NCBI GenBank assembly: GCA_036172245.1
Contig: JAYWIR010000022.1
Coordinates: 372,001 to 436,000, forward strand
DNA: 64,000 nucleotides
DNA from: Raillietiella orientalis
Lineage: Eukaryota
Direction: 5' to 3'
Shown here: in pieces, positions 50,601 through 63,930 of the stretch
How the letters are laid out: each line of letters opens with the position of its first letter
How positions within the stretch are numbered: position 1 is the first letter of the stretch
Program-made: the position numbers and the translations under genes
Notes under the pieces: generated by a model
Told to the model about the DNA's origin: nothing
Seen by the model: the letters and a program-made list of their open reading frames with translations, nothing else
Database searches by the model: none

Positions 50601-52749
50601 TTAAAATTTCAGGGAAATTCCACGGAATTATTGGAAATGTCCACAAGCAAATAACCGAGAATAAATGAAAAAATCAGTAGGCAACGAGGCTCGAGTTTCG
50701 GTGCAGCCCACAAGTTGCCATTAAGAGCAGGAGCAAAGCAAAGGTTCGATTTCATGCAATACTCGAATGGTTTATATGAGTCGATGCGGCCGACGGAGTA
50801 TCAGAATAAGAAAACTCTTTCCCCGATCAAGCATATTTTTTTTCTTCAAGTTCAGAGAGGAAGCAAGAGCAGAAACCGTATTACATGAAATGGCGTGGAG
50901 AATTTCCTTGTAAACGAATGCTAATCAAGAGAGGAAGTCACTCTTAGTTGAGTTATCACAAATGTCTGCAGTTTAGAGATGGAATAAATTGGGGTCAGAG
51001 CAGAGAGAGGTACCTGATAGTTACGGAGTCCGATAATGGTCAGTTTCCCTGGACAAAGATCCTCGTTTTTTATCGTTCATTCACTGAATTCACTGAATCA
51101 CCATGTGATGGCGGTTTGCAGACTCACGGTTGGTATCTTGGAGCAGAGGTGAGCTTGGATCGTTCCCAAGAGCAGTCCTTTCCGTACATCATAAGTTGTA
51201 ACCGCAGGGGCTACAAATTCACATTCATGTGAATCCTTCAACGATCACATCAATTTGCAGGTATGGCACAAGGAGCTGAAGATCAGAAAATTCATAGGTT
51301 CGATGTGCTGATTGCTGTCGCACTCTGAATGGAAAAACGATGAGGACAATTGGACATTTACTGAGATGATCATAGTCTTAGCAAAGGAATTCCCGCAGTG
51401 ATCTTCGGAAAAAAAAAAATAGAAAGCCGCCGTTTGTACTTTTCGTGCCGGACTGATTCGAAGAAACAAAGCGCTCTAACCCGCTGGATATCGCACAAAA
51501 CAAAGTACATGTCCACGAAATTTAGAAGATGAATGAAACTTGCTAAAGAGTTGTTTCAGGGATTCCTGAACGACACCAACAACCTCTTACCATGCAAATG
51601 AAAGTAGCTGGAAGACTTGAAACTCGTTGGCTTGTAGGACGAACACAAAAGCTGCACTGCCTCTACTGCGATGTTTGCTATGGAACAATTCTGCAACCCT
51701 TGAGGGCGGAATTGCCAACTTGCGGCATAAATGCCAAAAATTTAACAAAATAGAAAAAACGATTTTTTTTTTTCCACATCATCGGAAGGCAGTGAAGAAC
51801 AACCATACTTTGACAAGAGGGGGCACGTATAAGAATTCCTTGGAAACAAGCTCCAGAAACTGCAAGATTATGACGATCATCTCTGCGTAGAAGAAGGAGA
51901 GCGAAATCGTCGGGAGGCTTCGAAGGGATTTAAAAATCATCTCATCTTTAGGTATTAAAATCTCTTCTTCCAGGACCACAGTAGTGAGAAAATCAGAGGT
52001 TGCGGCAGAATCGGACAAAATAACTGTAATGATTTGCGAGTCCGACTGTTGACAGCATAATTTTAATTCGAAGGATAGCTGTCAGTTTCTCTCAGGTGTC
52101 ATCCTCATTGAGTTTATTTTGTCAGTCCTTTTCATTAAACCAACCCATTGACACGAATGCACTTCGCCTAGAGATCTTAACTGCTCCACGGGAGTGCAAC
52201 TATATCTACGCATAACCAACAACTTCTCCCATTTCGGTTCCCACTGCGGTCACAAGCAGGATTTCATCTGCTTGATGTCACCCTGCAAATGGTGATAAAA
52301 AACTGAATGACATACTAATGAAGCCCCCTGGGTAACAAATAAATCGATTCTTAGAGATCAACGAATTTTGGGACATTTCGGAGGATTTTTTCCCCCCCCC
52401 AGAACCCTCGGAAATCGTCGGTCTTGCCTCGTTGGAAGCTCTCCGGTAAGATTAGAAGTGAAAACTTGGGGTCTTTTTGTGGGAAGCGGAAAGACTGTTT
52501 CGCAAAGAGGAAGGAAAGTGTTTAATGGAAGGAAACTACGAAAACTCTCAAAAACCAGCAGAGTGACAGTGTTGCTTCTGCTTGAGGGTGGCCTTCGATG
52601 GCCTTCGATTTAGAACGGAAAAGATTTTGAGTTCGAGGTACTCACGAAAGAATTGAAACTTTCACGTACTGATAGAGTTCGCCTTTGGTTTTTCAATGAG
52701 CATCTCCGGGCCGCGTGAAACTATCCCCCTTAATATTATTGTAATTAAG

Positions 52750-55700
52750 AGCTTAATTGGCATTTCCCTGGGCAGAGGGAAGACGGCAAACCGGAAAAAT
52801 GGATAGATTTTATTGTCAACTTCTGCAGACAAGGTCTCAGTCATGTGGAACACGCCTATTTTTTTTTTTTTTTTTACATAAAATGAAGATCAGCAACACG
52901 CTAGACTGGAGACCTGCACACGTAATTATGTTGATGAGTACATTCCCTGTTGATGCTCCCGTAAGCAAGTTAGTGCAAGTTCCGCTTTGCCTCTCAGCAT
53001 TCCTGACCAAGTCCATCACAAATGGAACTTCCTTGAACAATTGATCAGAAGTCTCACGATCGGCCATTAGATCAGTTAGCGATTCTGTGAAAGAATTTCT
53101 AAATGGACCAGAGAACTCGACTCGCTTCCATGAGTTCCACATTCCTCCATGCCCAAGGATGAGCCTCGAACCTCACTCCAGTAAGATTTATACTCCTTAG
53201 TGTTCTGGAATATCGTTCCTGAAACAACTTTCTTCAGAACTCTGCAGCAGAGCGTTTGCCTTCCTCTTGTAAATTGCCTGTCCCTCTTTTCGCTCTTAAC
53301 AGGGTCCTTTACTCCACTCTCAATGTGGCTGTGATTCCGTAGCTCACAAGAGAGGTTCCATTCGTTTGTCTCTTCGAATAGAGCGCGGCTTCTGTGTGAA
53401 CTCTGGAAACACGGAAACACAATAAGATCTTGTGGAAGCTGCCACTCCATCTGCATTTCGTTTTCCCTCTTGCCGACACTCTGAGTCCTCAAGCTGTGAT
53501 GTTGACCCGGAGGTGAGGTGCAGGGGAGTTTGATGAGATCAGGAAGAGTGGTTGCTGGCGAAATGGAGTCAGGACCGAACATGAGATCTGTCGCCCGGTA
53601 CATCAAAAAACCCGCACCCTCATCCGAAGGTGATCAAGAACGGAAAGCAGAGGATAGCAAAAGCCATCTCTGGAACCACGGTAAAAGCCTTTCTGTGGGG
53701 AGGGGAGGGATACACTTCCCTAGAGGGACGGTCCCCAGGTAATTATTTCCACAGCCAACGAGGCAATGTCTCCTGCCCCCGCTCCCTGTAGTCGACTTCT
53801 CTCATCCACCTACTTACTCAGGGGCGCGCCGTTAGTCACAATGCCAAGCATTGCTTGAGTTGCTGGATCAGACGTGACGATCCTGGGAAACAAGCATCGG
53901 CTGAAGAGAAATGCTCTTCGCTGATGTGGCACCCATTTCTCGATAGGGTGCGGCACCATTCATCAGTTGAAGATAAACTGTCGACCAGAGCTGTTGCCCT
54001 TGCTGTGAGAAAAGAAACCGAGGCTGTGAGCTTTCACAAGCCAAGAGACATATGGAACGGTCTCGGGGCTTTCGGCATTTTCCGAAATTGGTGAACGATT
54101 CTTCGAGAGGAAGAGACCGAGCAGTGGGGAAGAGGCGTGGAAGGTGGTTAACAAGTCCACCGAGATGCTTTCTATTCTCTCTCGCTATCTGCAGAGCCAA
54201 CTCCACGAAGGATCCAGATCAGACAGAAGCAACCAGCCGCTCCCCTAAGTCGAGTGGACGGAGGTATCGTTGGATATTCGGTTTTCAGCCTCTGATACCC
54301 GGGAGCGGCCAACAGTTGGCAGTTTCTGGAGAGCAGTCAGCATAAGAAGCAACCTTGCTCGTTCGGGTGAGGCTGGGTTAAGAGGGAACTCCGCCTTGCT
54401 GAGCAGCGCGTGCGGCGCCTCCGCCACATGAGGTTGCGACCCTGATCTCTTTGAGCAGCAGGCGCCGAGCACATCGCCCAGCCGACCGATGACGAAACGG
54501 GAACTCACGGATGGTTGGTGGCGCAGAACAGTCGTGAGAAATAGAGGCGTTTTGATCACCCAGCTGGGAAAAGAGTCACACGGAAATCACATCCACTCCT
54601 CGAGGGAAATCTGCGGAGGCTGGAGGGATGGCAGTCGCGTTGGTGGAACTGTCCAGCAACAGTCTCTTCTTAATGGGATGCCCCCATTAAGGAGAGGCTC
54701 TTGCTTCGAGCGTGCAGAGCTCGGCGCATGTCCGCTCAGGGGACGGGGCGAGACACGACGGGATGAATTTTCCTGATAGGGGATCGTCCACTGCGCTGGG
54801 ATGGAAACTGACGATGTCTCGATCCTCCTGGTAGCTTCGGAAGGGAGTATGCTTAACGAGGTTTCTCCAAAAGCCTCCTTGGTTTTCCAGGAGAAAAAAA
54901 AAAAAAGAGGAAGGAATTTCGCGAGCGCGGAGATGGCATTGGGTTCCGCTTATTTTCCGAAAGGTCAAGGTCATGCGGGAAGATGCGAAGGCAAAACGTG
55001 GGAATAGAACCCACGAAGCATCCCTTTCATCTCTGTTGCCTTTGCTCAGCATGTCATCGCTCTGCCCATTAAAATAAGCGGGCCCGATTGTTGAGTGAAC
55101 AGTCTGCATGCCTGAAGATCTGGAGCCTTCATCCGTTGTTGGCTGTTGCTTTGAAGGAATGAGCAGATGCTCACGGGAGCTCTTACGGATTCTCTGGGGC
55201 TTCCATATGGAGACTTGGCGAATCCCATTCATCTAGGACCTGGATCCCGATTACTCCTCCTTGTCCTCAGCACTTTCATCGGCCTTTGAACGGGAGGCGT
55301 TTCTGCATGCAAAACTTTAAGGAGCACAAAAGGCATCCCTCCGGGACTGCGCAGGCGATCCTGATGGAAATCAGGTTGCGTGATGAAGGTCGGTAACCAA
55401 GGAGGAAAGGCGCTCCTCTGCGGAATCTTCCGTAAGCTAGGTGAACGCAATCCTTGATTTTCGGTGCCACTTTCGCCGACAGTCCAACCGAACTGGTGGC
55501 GGCGCAGGAGGAGCTCCGCAGGGAAGTTGAGGACCGCCATTTGTCACAGCCGCACCCTCGACCTTGTGCTCCTTGACTTGTGCGACTCGCGCTGAGGGGC
55601 GCTCCCTCATGGGAACCTCCGGGAAAGGAAGGATGAGGCTCCAATTCCCGGTGTGCGTGAGAGTTGACCTGGATAGTATCCGACTGGATTCGCCGCCACG

Positions 55701-55900
55701 AGAGCGCTCTCTTCCTTCTGCCTTGTCTCCCAGGGAAACACCAGCTTGTCGGTTCACTGGGTACAAACCGAACGCCAGATCAAGTACTCTGGGGGCGATG
55801 CAGATGCTGTGACGGTCGCAAAGGCTTCAGGGCAAACCCTTCGGATGGACGGTGTCTCGAGGCTGCGGGACACTGAGGCCGTTGCCTAGGGAGGAGTCCT
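52750..55900 (-). mobile_element. Old L1/Tx1 ORF2 remnant
   Basis: KWRSSTSL (WRLNxSLL-like), KAPDLQ...GPLIL (KAPGxDG-like) and a decayed C-terminal Cys motif near 52.9 kb, in the expected order. Confidence 0.4.
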
Positions 55901-58900
55901 CATCGGCAGTTTCTTTTAAGAGCGCTTTCATGGGTGGAGACCTCTGTGAAGGTGCAGCGCAACCTTAGGGTTTTCCCTGAGGACTGAAATCCTGCGGAAA
56001 TCCCTAGATCTTCGAATCCCGTTCTCATCTCCCTGTTCTTAGCAGCGTGCACTCGTCGACATCGAATGCTGGTTCAAGGAGCACGCACTAATCTCCCTAG
56101 AGGGGTCAGTAGTATTGTCGCTCGATCCGTATTGGGTGCAGAACTTGGATGAGGGGTTAGATGACCTCTGGTATCGGGATGGGCCCGCGAGGGTGCGGCA
56201 CCGACGCGTAGGTCCAGTCCCCCTGGGCTGACGACCTCCCCATCGGAAAGACGTGGCACACGCTCTTTCTGCCCAGCCCCACGCGGAACGGGACGGCACC
56301 CCCTATCCCTTTGGCTACTCAGGACCACGGCAGGGACACTGTCCGTTCGGGCTGCGACGACGGCGGTTTCGTGGGGGCAGGAGACCCGCCCACCGAACAC
56401 CCAACCGATGGCGCCAGGGCCGCACACTCTTCTGCCGGCAGGCACCCCTTCACCCCCCTTCTACCCCCGCCGAAGGGTAGAGCCTTGCGTGCTTGTCCTC
56501 GGTGGAACCGGCAGCAGCCACGTCTCGGTGCAGAACGGGACTGACGTCCCCCTCCCCTCTCCCCTTCCTCTTCCCCGCGTCCCGAGAGGCGCGTGGCGAT
56601 GGGAAAGGACGTTCCCGCGTGACCACGAATGCGATGACCTGCCCCTACCTTCTGGGTCGGAGGCGAGGAAGGATGGCAGGAGCGTTCCTTGTCCGCGACC
56701 CTGCAGGGCGGTCCGCCTCCCGGGCGCTGTTCCTGAGTATCCTCCAGTCGGCCGCGGTCCCGACCGTTCCCCTAGAGGGGGCGCGCAGTGCCGCGTCGCA
56801 CGGCGGGCGAAAGGTGCGCACCAGGCTGCGGTGCGGCGAGCAGCCCGAGCAGGATCGTCTGCAACCTCTCTGGTGCGCGCGCCGCTGAACCCATTCTCTG
56901 CGGGATGAAGGTCAGTGCATCAGGCTGATCACGTGGAACCTTTCGCTGTGAAATTTTATGCCTTTTGGGAGGAGATGCTGTTCCTCTTGGGGAGCTGCCT
57001 TTGAAGGGACAGATAAAATGCTGCTGATTTGTTGTCCAGCATTAAAAGGGATGCTTTTCCTGCTTCTTTTTTTTTTTTTTTTTGCCCCTCCCCATCTTTT
57101 CGCCATCATCCGGCGTGATGTTCCCTCCGCAACTCTGCTCCGTGAGAGCCCATTGACCAACGTCGGTCCGAACGGGTTGCCTGTCGACGCGAGGCACGAG
57201 GGGAGGGCGGCGCGGCGGTGCGTTTCGCTCTCTCTCGTCGCGAGAGTGCTCCAGCACAGGCAAACGCCGCCCTCACGCACACTCCCTTCCAGAACGCGTG
57301 CTGAAAGGACACGCGCGCATGCTTGGCAGCCGGGTTCCGCCGGTATTTGAAGCGCGTCCCCCTCCCCTGCCCCCTCCGATCTCTTCCCGGTCCGCGCGTC
57401 CCGTCGCGTCGTCCGTCACTTCTCCAGCCCACGCCGCGTCCGGGGCGATCATCAATTACGAATGCTTCTCCCCGCACCTCGGATGTCATGTTGAGCGCGC
57501 GCGGATGAGGGAACTTTCTCTCCGGAGGACCCGAGTTTCCCCTGAGCGCTTCATCTGCCGCGCGTCGTCCGCCTTGCCCATGCCGCGCGCGGTCCCGTCC
57601 GGCTCACGCTGCCCGATCTGCCCCCCCCCGGCCAGTTTCGCTCCCTGGACTCGCGCGAGCCCATTCACCTGGGACTCGCTCGCGGAGACGGGATAGTAGT
57701 TCCGAGCACTTGGAGCTGCTCTCCGGGAGAGGGCGTCGGTTCTCTGCTTCCCCTTTTCGGCCTCATTAGTTCGACAGGCGGCCACAGCGTGTGAAAAGGA
57801 CGGAAACCACAGCAACCGGCCTCCGTGAGTAAAAAGCGGGAAGGGTTCCTTCCTCCATTATTTATTCATGGGGCGCGAACGTGAATCTCGGAACCGGGCC
57901 AGGTGATCGCCGTAGGGTCTTCATCAATGGTATCGGGAACGTCCCGAACCGTGCGCGGCGATTTCATGTGTGCTGCGAGCCGCTCGCGGATGTTATTCCC
58001 ACCCCTACCCCACCTTGCAGCTTCGACGGTAGTCAGCCCTGATGAAAGGCATCGGTCCGTGGTGCGTGGTCCCGGGGCGGACGCGGCGAAGCTTGACGTC
58101 CACCTCGTCCCGGAAGCAGAGCGCCTCAGGGCAGCGCACCTCGGTCGCCGCCGTTGGCTCTGCGCTTCGGATCGCGGTCCCTTCGCTCGACGTCCCCTTG
58201 GTCGCGGCTTCTTCGCCTTGATAACCAGATTCCCACTCCTCCCTCGCTCTCTGTGTATTCCCAGAGGGCGTCTTCCTGCGGGGGCACGGACCTCGGACGC
58301 ATCAGCGCTGCTCGCAGGGGATAAACCACAAGGCAGAGACACTTGGAAACTCCCGTCAGAAGAGGGCGGGACGATCGGCCGCCGTCTCCCGTGGCGAATT
58401 TCGTCTCCAGCAGAGGGCGGATCGTCTCTCCTTGACGGGAGCGATGACGCCGGGGTATCGTAGGAAGCAAACGGTGGAACTCTTTGCTCCCGTCCGCGGG
58501 GAGGGGCCGTCTCCGATCCGAACGTATTTCCTCCTTCCTCTACGGCTGGATTCGGGCGTGGCAGCGGCGCGCGAACCTTCCCGTCTCCGACTCGATCCCT
58601 CGATTGTCCCTGAGTCGTTCGAAACAAACCCACGGACTCTCCGGCCTGTGGGTCGCAGGGCTGGCAGGGAGGGTGGAGCTGGTTCCTGGAGCCGCTCCCG
58701 CGAAGAAGTCCGCTCCCCGGAACCGCGCCGGGGTAAAACGGAAGGACGGGGAGCGACCGAGCCGTTCGCGCTGGTGCCCCGCCGGAAAATTCCCGGAGCG
58801 TCCCTCGGCGGCGCACGGGAGGCATCTCTCGCGCAAGCCGTAGCCGCGGCCGCTCGCGGGGAGCGGGCAAGGCGACTTCGGGAGGCGGGGCATTCGGCCA

Positions 58901-60649
58901 CCCGTCCTTCCAAGACACGCCGTTTGTTCGTCTTCCTGATTAGTGCCGCCGGGACGCAGATAACAAGTGCGCCGGCTGGGGACTTCGCGTGTGTCTCTGA
59001 GAGGCCTCTCTCGTGCGGCGGACATTTCCTACACGATAACTTCGCCATTGTGGTTGCAGATCTGTGCAGCAGCAGAGCCGTCACTTGGAGCCAGCAGATA
59101 CGTGTACATCGGACTTGTGGTCCGGCGCTGTAGTCCCGAATTCGTCGAAAGTGCTGTCCAGGAGGACAGAGGGAGACGCCATGCCGCCGTGGATGATCCT
59201 CTTCCTGATACCAGGTCAGCGTTCTTCTTCCCCTCCCTTACTCCCCTCCCCTTCCCCTTCCTCGCCCCCGAGCTCCTGGAGGCGTACGCCGAGTCTCTGC
59301 GCTGCAGCACACGCGCCCCTCTTGCACTTGGACGAGGTGGCGTCGGCAGGGAGCGCTCCGTCTCGGGCCGGAAGGGGAGCGTTCAATCCGGCCGGCCGGC
59401 CGGCCGCGCCGTGCCGACGACGGAGGGGGAATCGCAGAGGTGGACGAGCGAACGGTGGAACTGGGGCGGGGAGCGCACCGCTCGGAAAGCGAGAGAGAAG
59501 AGGCGGTCTCCTTTCGGCGCAACGCCACTCCGCGTGTCACAGCAGCAGCCAGGGGAGGGGGACCTCCTCGCCGTTTCAAGGACGTGGATTCATGGCGAAG
59601 AGTCGCCCGCGGACGCGTTACGTCAGCCTCCCTGGAGACTCTGGGCCGCGACCCCAGCACGAAGCGGCCAGGCAAAATGCACACGACACCCCGAGGGCGT
59701 CCGCAGCCACGAACCAAAGCGCCCACTTCTCTCTGCGCCCGTCGGGGACCTCCCCTACTTCTCCGGGGAACGAGGCTCGCTGGAGCGCGCGCTCGCCTCC
59801 ACGAGCGATTAATCAGGGATCGCACCGTCGCGACCGAGCGAAATGGCCGGGAGCGGGGATTCCGGCGGAGATGCTGTTCGTGCCAATGCGGCATTAGCTC
59901 CCGAGCGCCTGCACCGCCTCCCCTTTCCTCCCTGCACCTGAAAAACGCTTGATGATGACGGCCGAAAAAATGATCCCGCGGATGCCAGATGCCCTCGCGG
60001 GGAACCTCGTTCTTTCTCTTCGGTACGCGTTATCGAGAGAGAAAGAGAGAGCGGGAGAGGAAGGGGGGGCGCAGAGCGCCGCGCTCGCCAACCGCGCGCC
60101 AGCGGCGCGAAAAACAATAAAAAGGGGACCTACAAGGGAGGGGGCGCTCTCTCCGGGGATGGAGATGTCGACCAGTAACTTCTCTTGTAATTATCATTTC
60201 ATTCTTCGCGATGTGTTTCCGTTTCATCTTCTGCGGATGATGGATTTCCCTTCACCGCATGGACAAATTAATAAATCATTCAATTAAAGGCAAATTGGGG
60301 AGTTTTTTTTTTTTTTCCTTTTCCTTCTTCTTCCCCTTCCTCTCCCGCTCGCAATCTGGTGGATGGCACCAGCAATCATTCTCAGGCGCTTATCACGTGC
60401 GCTTGCTAATAATGGTACCCATTATTGCGAGTAGGGCATGGATGCGTCCGGGACGAGAGCTCCCATTCTCTGCGGCGCGCGGGACGCCGGCAAGGACGGA
60501 TGCTCTGAGGTGCGCGCGCTCCGCTTCTCCGAGGCGACTCCTCACCGGCCGCCAAGGGAGGGGGAGGGAGCGTCCTCGTCCTGGACTGCCGCTCGAACCG
60601 AGGGCGTCCTCGGTTCCCTCTTTTCGGGGGAAAAAATACCGAGGGTATC

Positions 60650-62200
60650 CCGATTCCTAGGAGCACTGGGGGTCAACTGCCGCCACGCTTCCGGGGGAAG
60701 AAGGAGGGCTGGCTGCGTCCCGGTTCTCGCGTTTCCCTTCTTCCCCGTGGACGACTTCTCGCCCTTTCGCACCGCGCGCAGCACCCTTGCCGCAGGAGCA
60801 GAGCCGGCAGCGTCAGGAGTCTGAGGCAAGGTCGCGAGGCACCCCGGTCCGGCTGCTGACTCTTCAGGTTAAGTGGCACCTCTGGAGGGTCCCTACGGAT
60901 TCAAGAAGGCTCCGGACGAAAAAGTTCGTTGTTCTCTCACTCCTGGGAGGGAACCCCGAAGGGACGCTTCCCGATTTCTCTGAAGGGCCTCTCCCCAAAG
61001 GGAGCAGAGCTCTCCTGGCACTCTGGAGAATCAACCCCCGAGGGGGGCAACAACCGGCTCCACAAGACGCGATGGAGGAGGGGGAGACTGCTCCATCTTC
61101 ACAACCGGAAGGTCGAACCCCTCGTGATTCCTGGAAGGACCCCGCAGCAGTCCCGGCCAGTCGCCTAGCTTCCACCAGCACTGCACCCGAAGCCCACAGG
61201 AGAACCAGAGTATCATCCTGCGAAGGGAGGGCGACGCACCCTCTTCCCCCCCGCCCATTTCTTGGCGTCGATCCTTCCCTGAGCGGGATGCGAACCCGCG
61301 ACGCTTAGCTCCACGCGCGGTGCCGCCGACACGGGGCATCGCTTCTCGGCCGTTTGTACGAGGTCAAAGTGGGAGGCGGGATCCACTGAAGGACTGAAGC
61401 AGACCCGAGGGCAGACCCCGGACCACGAGCGCAGCCGGGAATTCAATGCCGCTTAAGAAAGTTTCGACAACGTGGTGCGTCCTCCAGGACGCGGCGAAAG
61501 ACCCGAGGTCTTCATCATCCGGAAGGTTCTTCGGGTGACGAACCGACCGAATGCACCTGGATGGAAGCTCTGCTTCTTCGGAAGGAATGATGGAATCGTC
61601 CCTCCCCGACCGCATGGGAGAGCGGCCGCCCCAGTCCGGATGCACCCATCTTGCTTGCTCGGCGGTTCCGTGAGACGGATCCAGTGGGAGCGAAGTCCGC
61701 TCCGCGTCACAGACAGGCACGCGTGGCTCCCGATGGGCACAGCAGGGGAGGAAGGGGAAAGGGGAGGGAGGATATGCGAATCCGCGGTGGCGCGAGCGGG
61801 CGGGCGAACGTCCCCGTCCGTCTCAGGAGCGACGGGACGGGGACGAACGCGGAGGCGAGACCATGCGCCTCCCTGCCATGAGATGCGGCCGACCTGCGCC
61901 TCCAAGGACCACGAAGCAACACGCGGGCGGGTGCTTCCGGCTGACGCCAGGGTTAGGAGCAGGAAACGTCGGATTGAATCCGGCCCGCGGATCGGTGGCG
62001 GCCGTCTCTTCGGGGCACTTCGTGGAGAATTCCGAGGCAGCGTCTCCCTGATCGGGAGGGGGGGGGGAGTCCCATTCTGTTGCCAGACTCGTCTACCTAG
62101 GTCGCGACCCCCGAACCGAAGAGCCAGGAAAAAGGGAAGAAAAGGAAGCGCTCGTTCTCGAGTCTGCCAGAGTCCCTCGACGGATGCCTCCCGAAAGCGG
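60650..62200 (+). mobile_element. Old Tx1 ORF2 remnant
   Basis: 60940-61230 is homologous to the reverse complement of 30930-31285 (GGGAGGGAACCC, CCCGAAGGGAC.CTTCC, GATTCC.GGAAGG, AACCAGAGT). MHPSCLL resembles WRPISLL. Confidence 0.55.
61338..61371 (+). pseudogene. U2: U2 snRNA 5' fragment (about nt 1-34)
   Basis: ATCGCTTCTCGGCCGTTTGTACGAGGTCAAAGTG versus recalled invertebrate U2 ATCGCTTCTCGGCCTT(A/T)TGGCTAAGATCAAAGTG: 27-28 of 34 identical, ungapped, starting at U2 nt 1. Confidence 0.6.
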
Positions 62201-63049
62201 CGGCCGCATCCCCGGGTTTTCGGGGAGCGAGGTCCATCCCGACGCAACGGGACGAACGATTTGCATCGCTGAATGCAAGAAGTAGTTAACGAGGTCCTTT
62301 GATTGGCAGATACCCGAGAAGGGACGTGCCTCCCGTGGTCGATACGATCGACTTTCCGGTTCCGCGCCGGAGTTCGGCAAGGCTAATTCGATTTGCTAAT
62401 GAGAGAGCAGCGCAAAGATCACGGCGGCAGCGACAGTTGCCCAGTTGCTCTCCTCCCGCGCGGCGAAGCCTTCCGCAGCCTCACCGGCGAGGGCCGCTTT
62501 CGCCAATGAGCAACCAGCACCGGAGGCACGGTTGCCCGGTGACGGGATGGCGGCTGCAGAGGCAGCAGCACTCGCGCGACTCGAGCGTGAGACCCGAACC
62601 GCAAGACCCGCGGGCTGCAGTCTCAGCCTCTGCAGGGTGGTGGCCGTCCAGTTCGTGCGTCCCCCGGACCGCAGGAGACGAAGCGGCTGGCGGGGGGATC
62701 GCGCGAGCCGAGTCTTCCCTCTTCCACCTGGAGCGACGGAAGCGTGAAAAACAAAAGGAAACGAAGTCTGAGGGGAAATCTCGGCCGAACCCGTTGGACC
62801 CGCACGTGCCTCGTCGGCCAGGGGCTCCCTCCTTACAGCGCGACCGCACGGCGCCGACGGCTGCGTAGTGCGCTCAGGCACCCCACCCTCACCCACCCCG
62901 GCAGACATGGCGGCGCTGGCTACGCGGGCGGTGGCAGAGCTCGGCTTCCTCGCGAGCCGCAGCACCAATGTTGAGCGCCACCATCCGTCTTCCTCACCTA
63001 CCCCGGACTCATCCCTCTCGCAAGCGTTTCCTGCACCTCCTTCCTCCCT

Positions 63050-63930
63050 GTACGTTCTATAAGCACGAGACCATGGGACCATTAAGGCTTACCCGTTCGC
63101 AGCACGCGTGAGTTCGCGAGCGACGCGATGTCTCCCACCCCTTGGGGTGGACTGCTATTCGACTAGCACCACGGCTCGCCACAAGCCTTCCGCCATGCCC
63201 TCGTGTTGCCCGGATGAAAGGACCGGGCCAAGAGCTCAGGAAGAATCGAGGCCGAGGAGCTGCCGGTCCCGAATTTCCCCCGACGTCCCTCCAGCTCCTT
63301 CGATCCAGCCCTCCCTTAGCTCAAAGTCCCCCGGTAGGCAGGTCATTCGTCCCGGGTCACGTTCAGGTGCTCTGTCGCACGCTCCAGCGTCGATGAACGC
63401 GGAGTCGGCGTTGCCCTGCCGTCTCATGTTAACACACACACCTCTCCCGCAGCACCTCCTCTCGGGGAAGGCGCGAGTGCTTCTCCGAGATGGTTCTCGG
63501 GATCGGTTGGGCAGCTCAGGGAGGCGGCGGATCCCCGCTGTGAGTCTGACCTCGTCCCTCGCACAGTCCGCTCCTGGGGAGGCAGACGAGACATGGGAGA
63601 AGAGGAAAGTCGGTCTGGGAGCTCCGGGTCCCAGGAACGGAAGTGTTCCCGGACGGATCTGGTGGTAGCCCGTAGGACCCGATGGCACCTCAGAGGCCGG
63701 CTGAGTGGTAGGGGAAGCTCCTGTCTCCCAATAGAGATCCGAGAGACGGCTGCCTCCGTTTCAGAGAGGACGTTCTCTGGTCATCCCAGCTCAGCACGGG
63801 GAATCCAGCCACGGAGAGCGGGAGAGTTTCACGGGTGCGCCCTGCTGCGCCTGGGGTCGCCAAGGGGGGAAGGTCGACTTCCCGGGCGTAGTGCCACGGC
63901 TGGAAGTGCGGTGGCATCCGCGGATGCACA
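63050..63930 (-). mobile_element. L1/Tx1 APE endonuclease remnant
   Basis: CIRG (NVRG-like), QE, VCVN, CLPGDFE (GGDFN-like) and ASRIA (SRID-like), in order. Confidence 0.45.

Noticed and set aside
44000..52400. Short ORFs and hints of RT or transposase in the AT-rich block (outside 47040-47640)
   Set aside because: Probably old repeats, but no motif series is clear enough to assign a family or a host exon.
55229..55540. Histone H3-like peptide ELLLRRHQF
   Set aside because: The similarity is short and does not extend; the region fits a decayed LINE ORF2.
56030..56050. CTGTTCTTAGCAGC resembling U2 downstream of the Utopia insertion site
   Set aside because: Only about 13 nt match and no further U2 structure follows.
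57866..59897. Long overlapping ORFs (up to 350 aa) in GC-rich DNA
   Set aside because: Arg/Pro/Ala-rich frames are open on both strands, as expected from high GC. There are only faint pogo-like hints and no supportable protein call.
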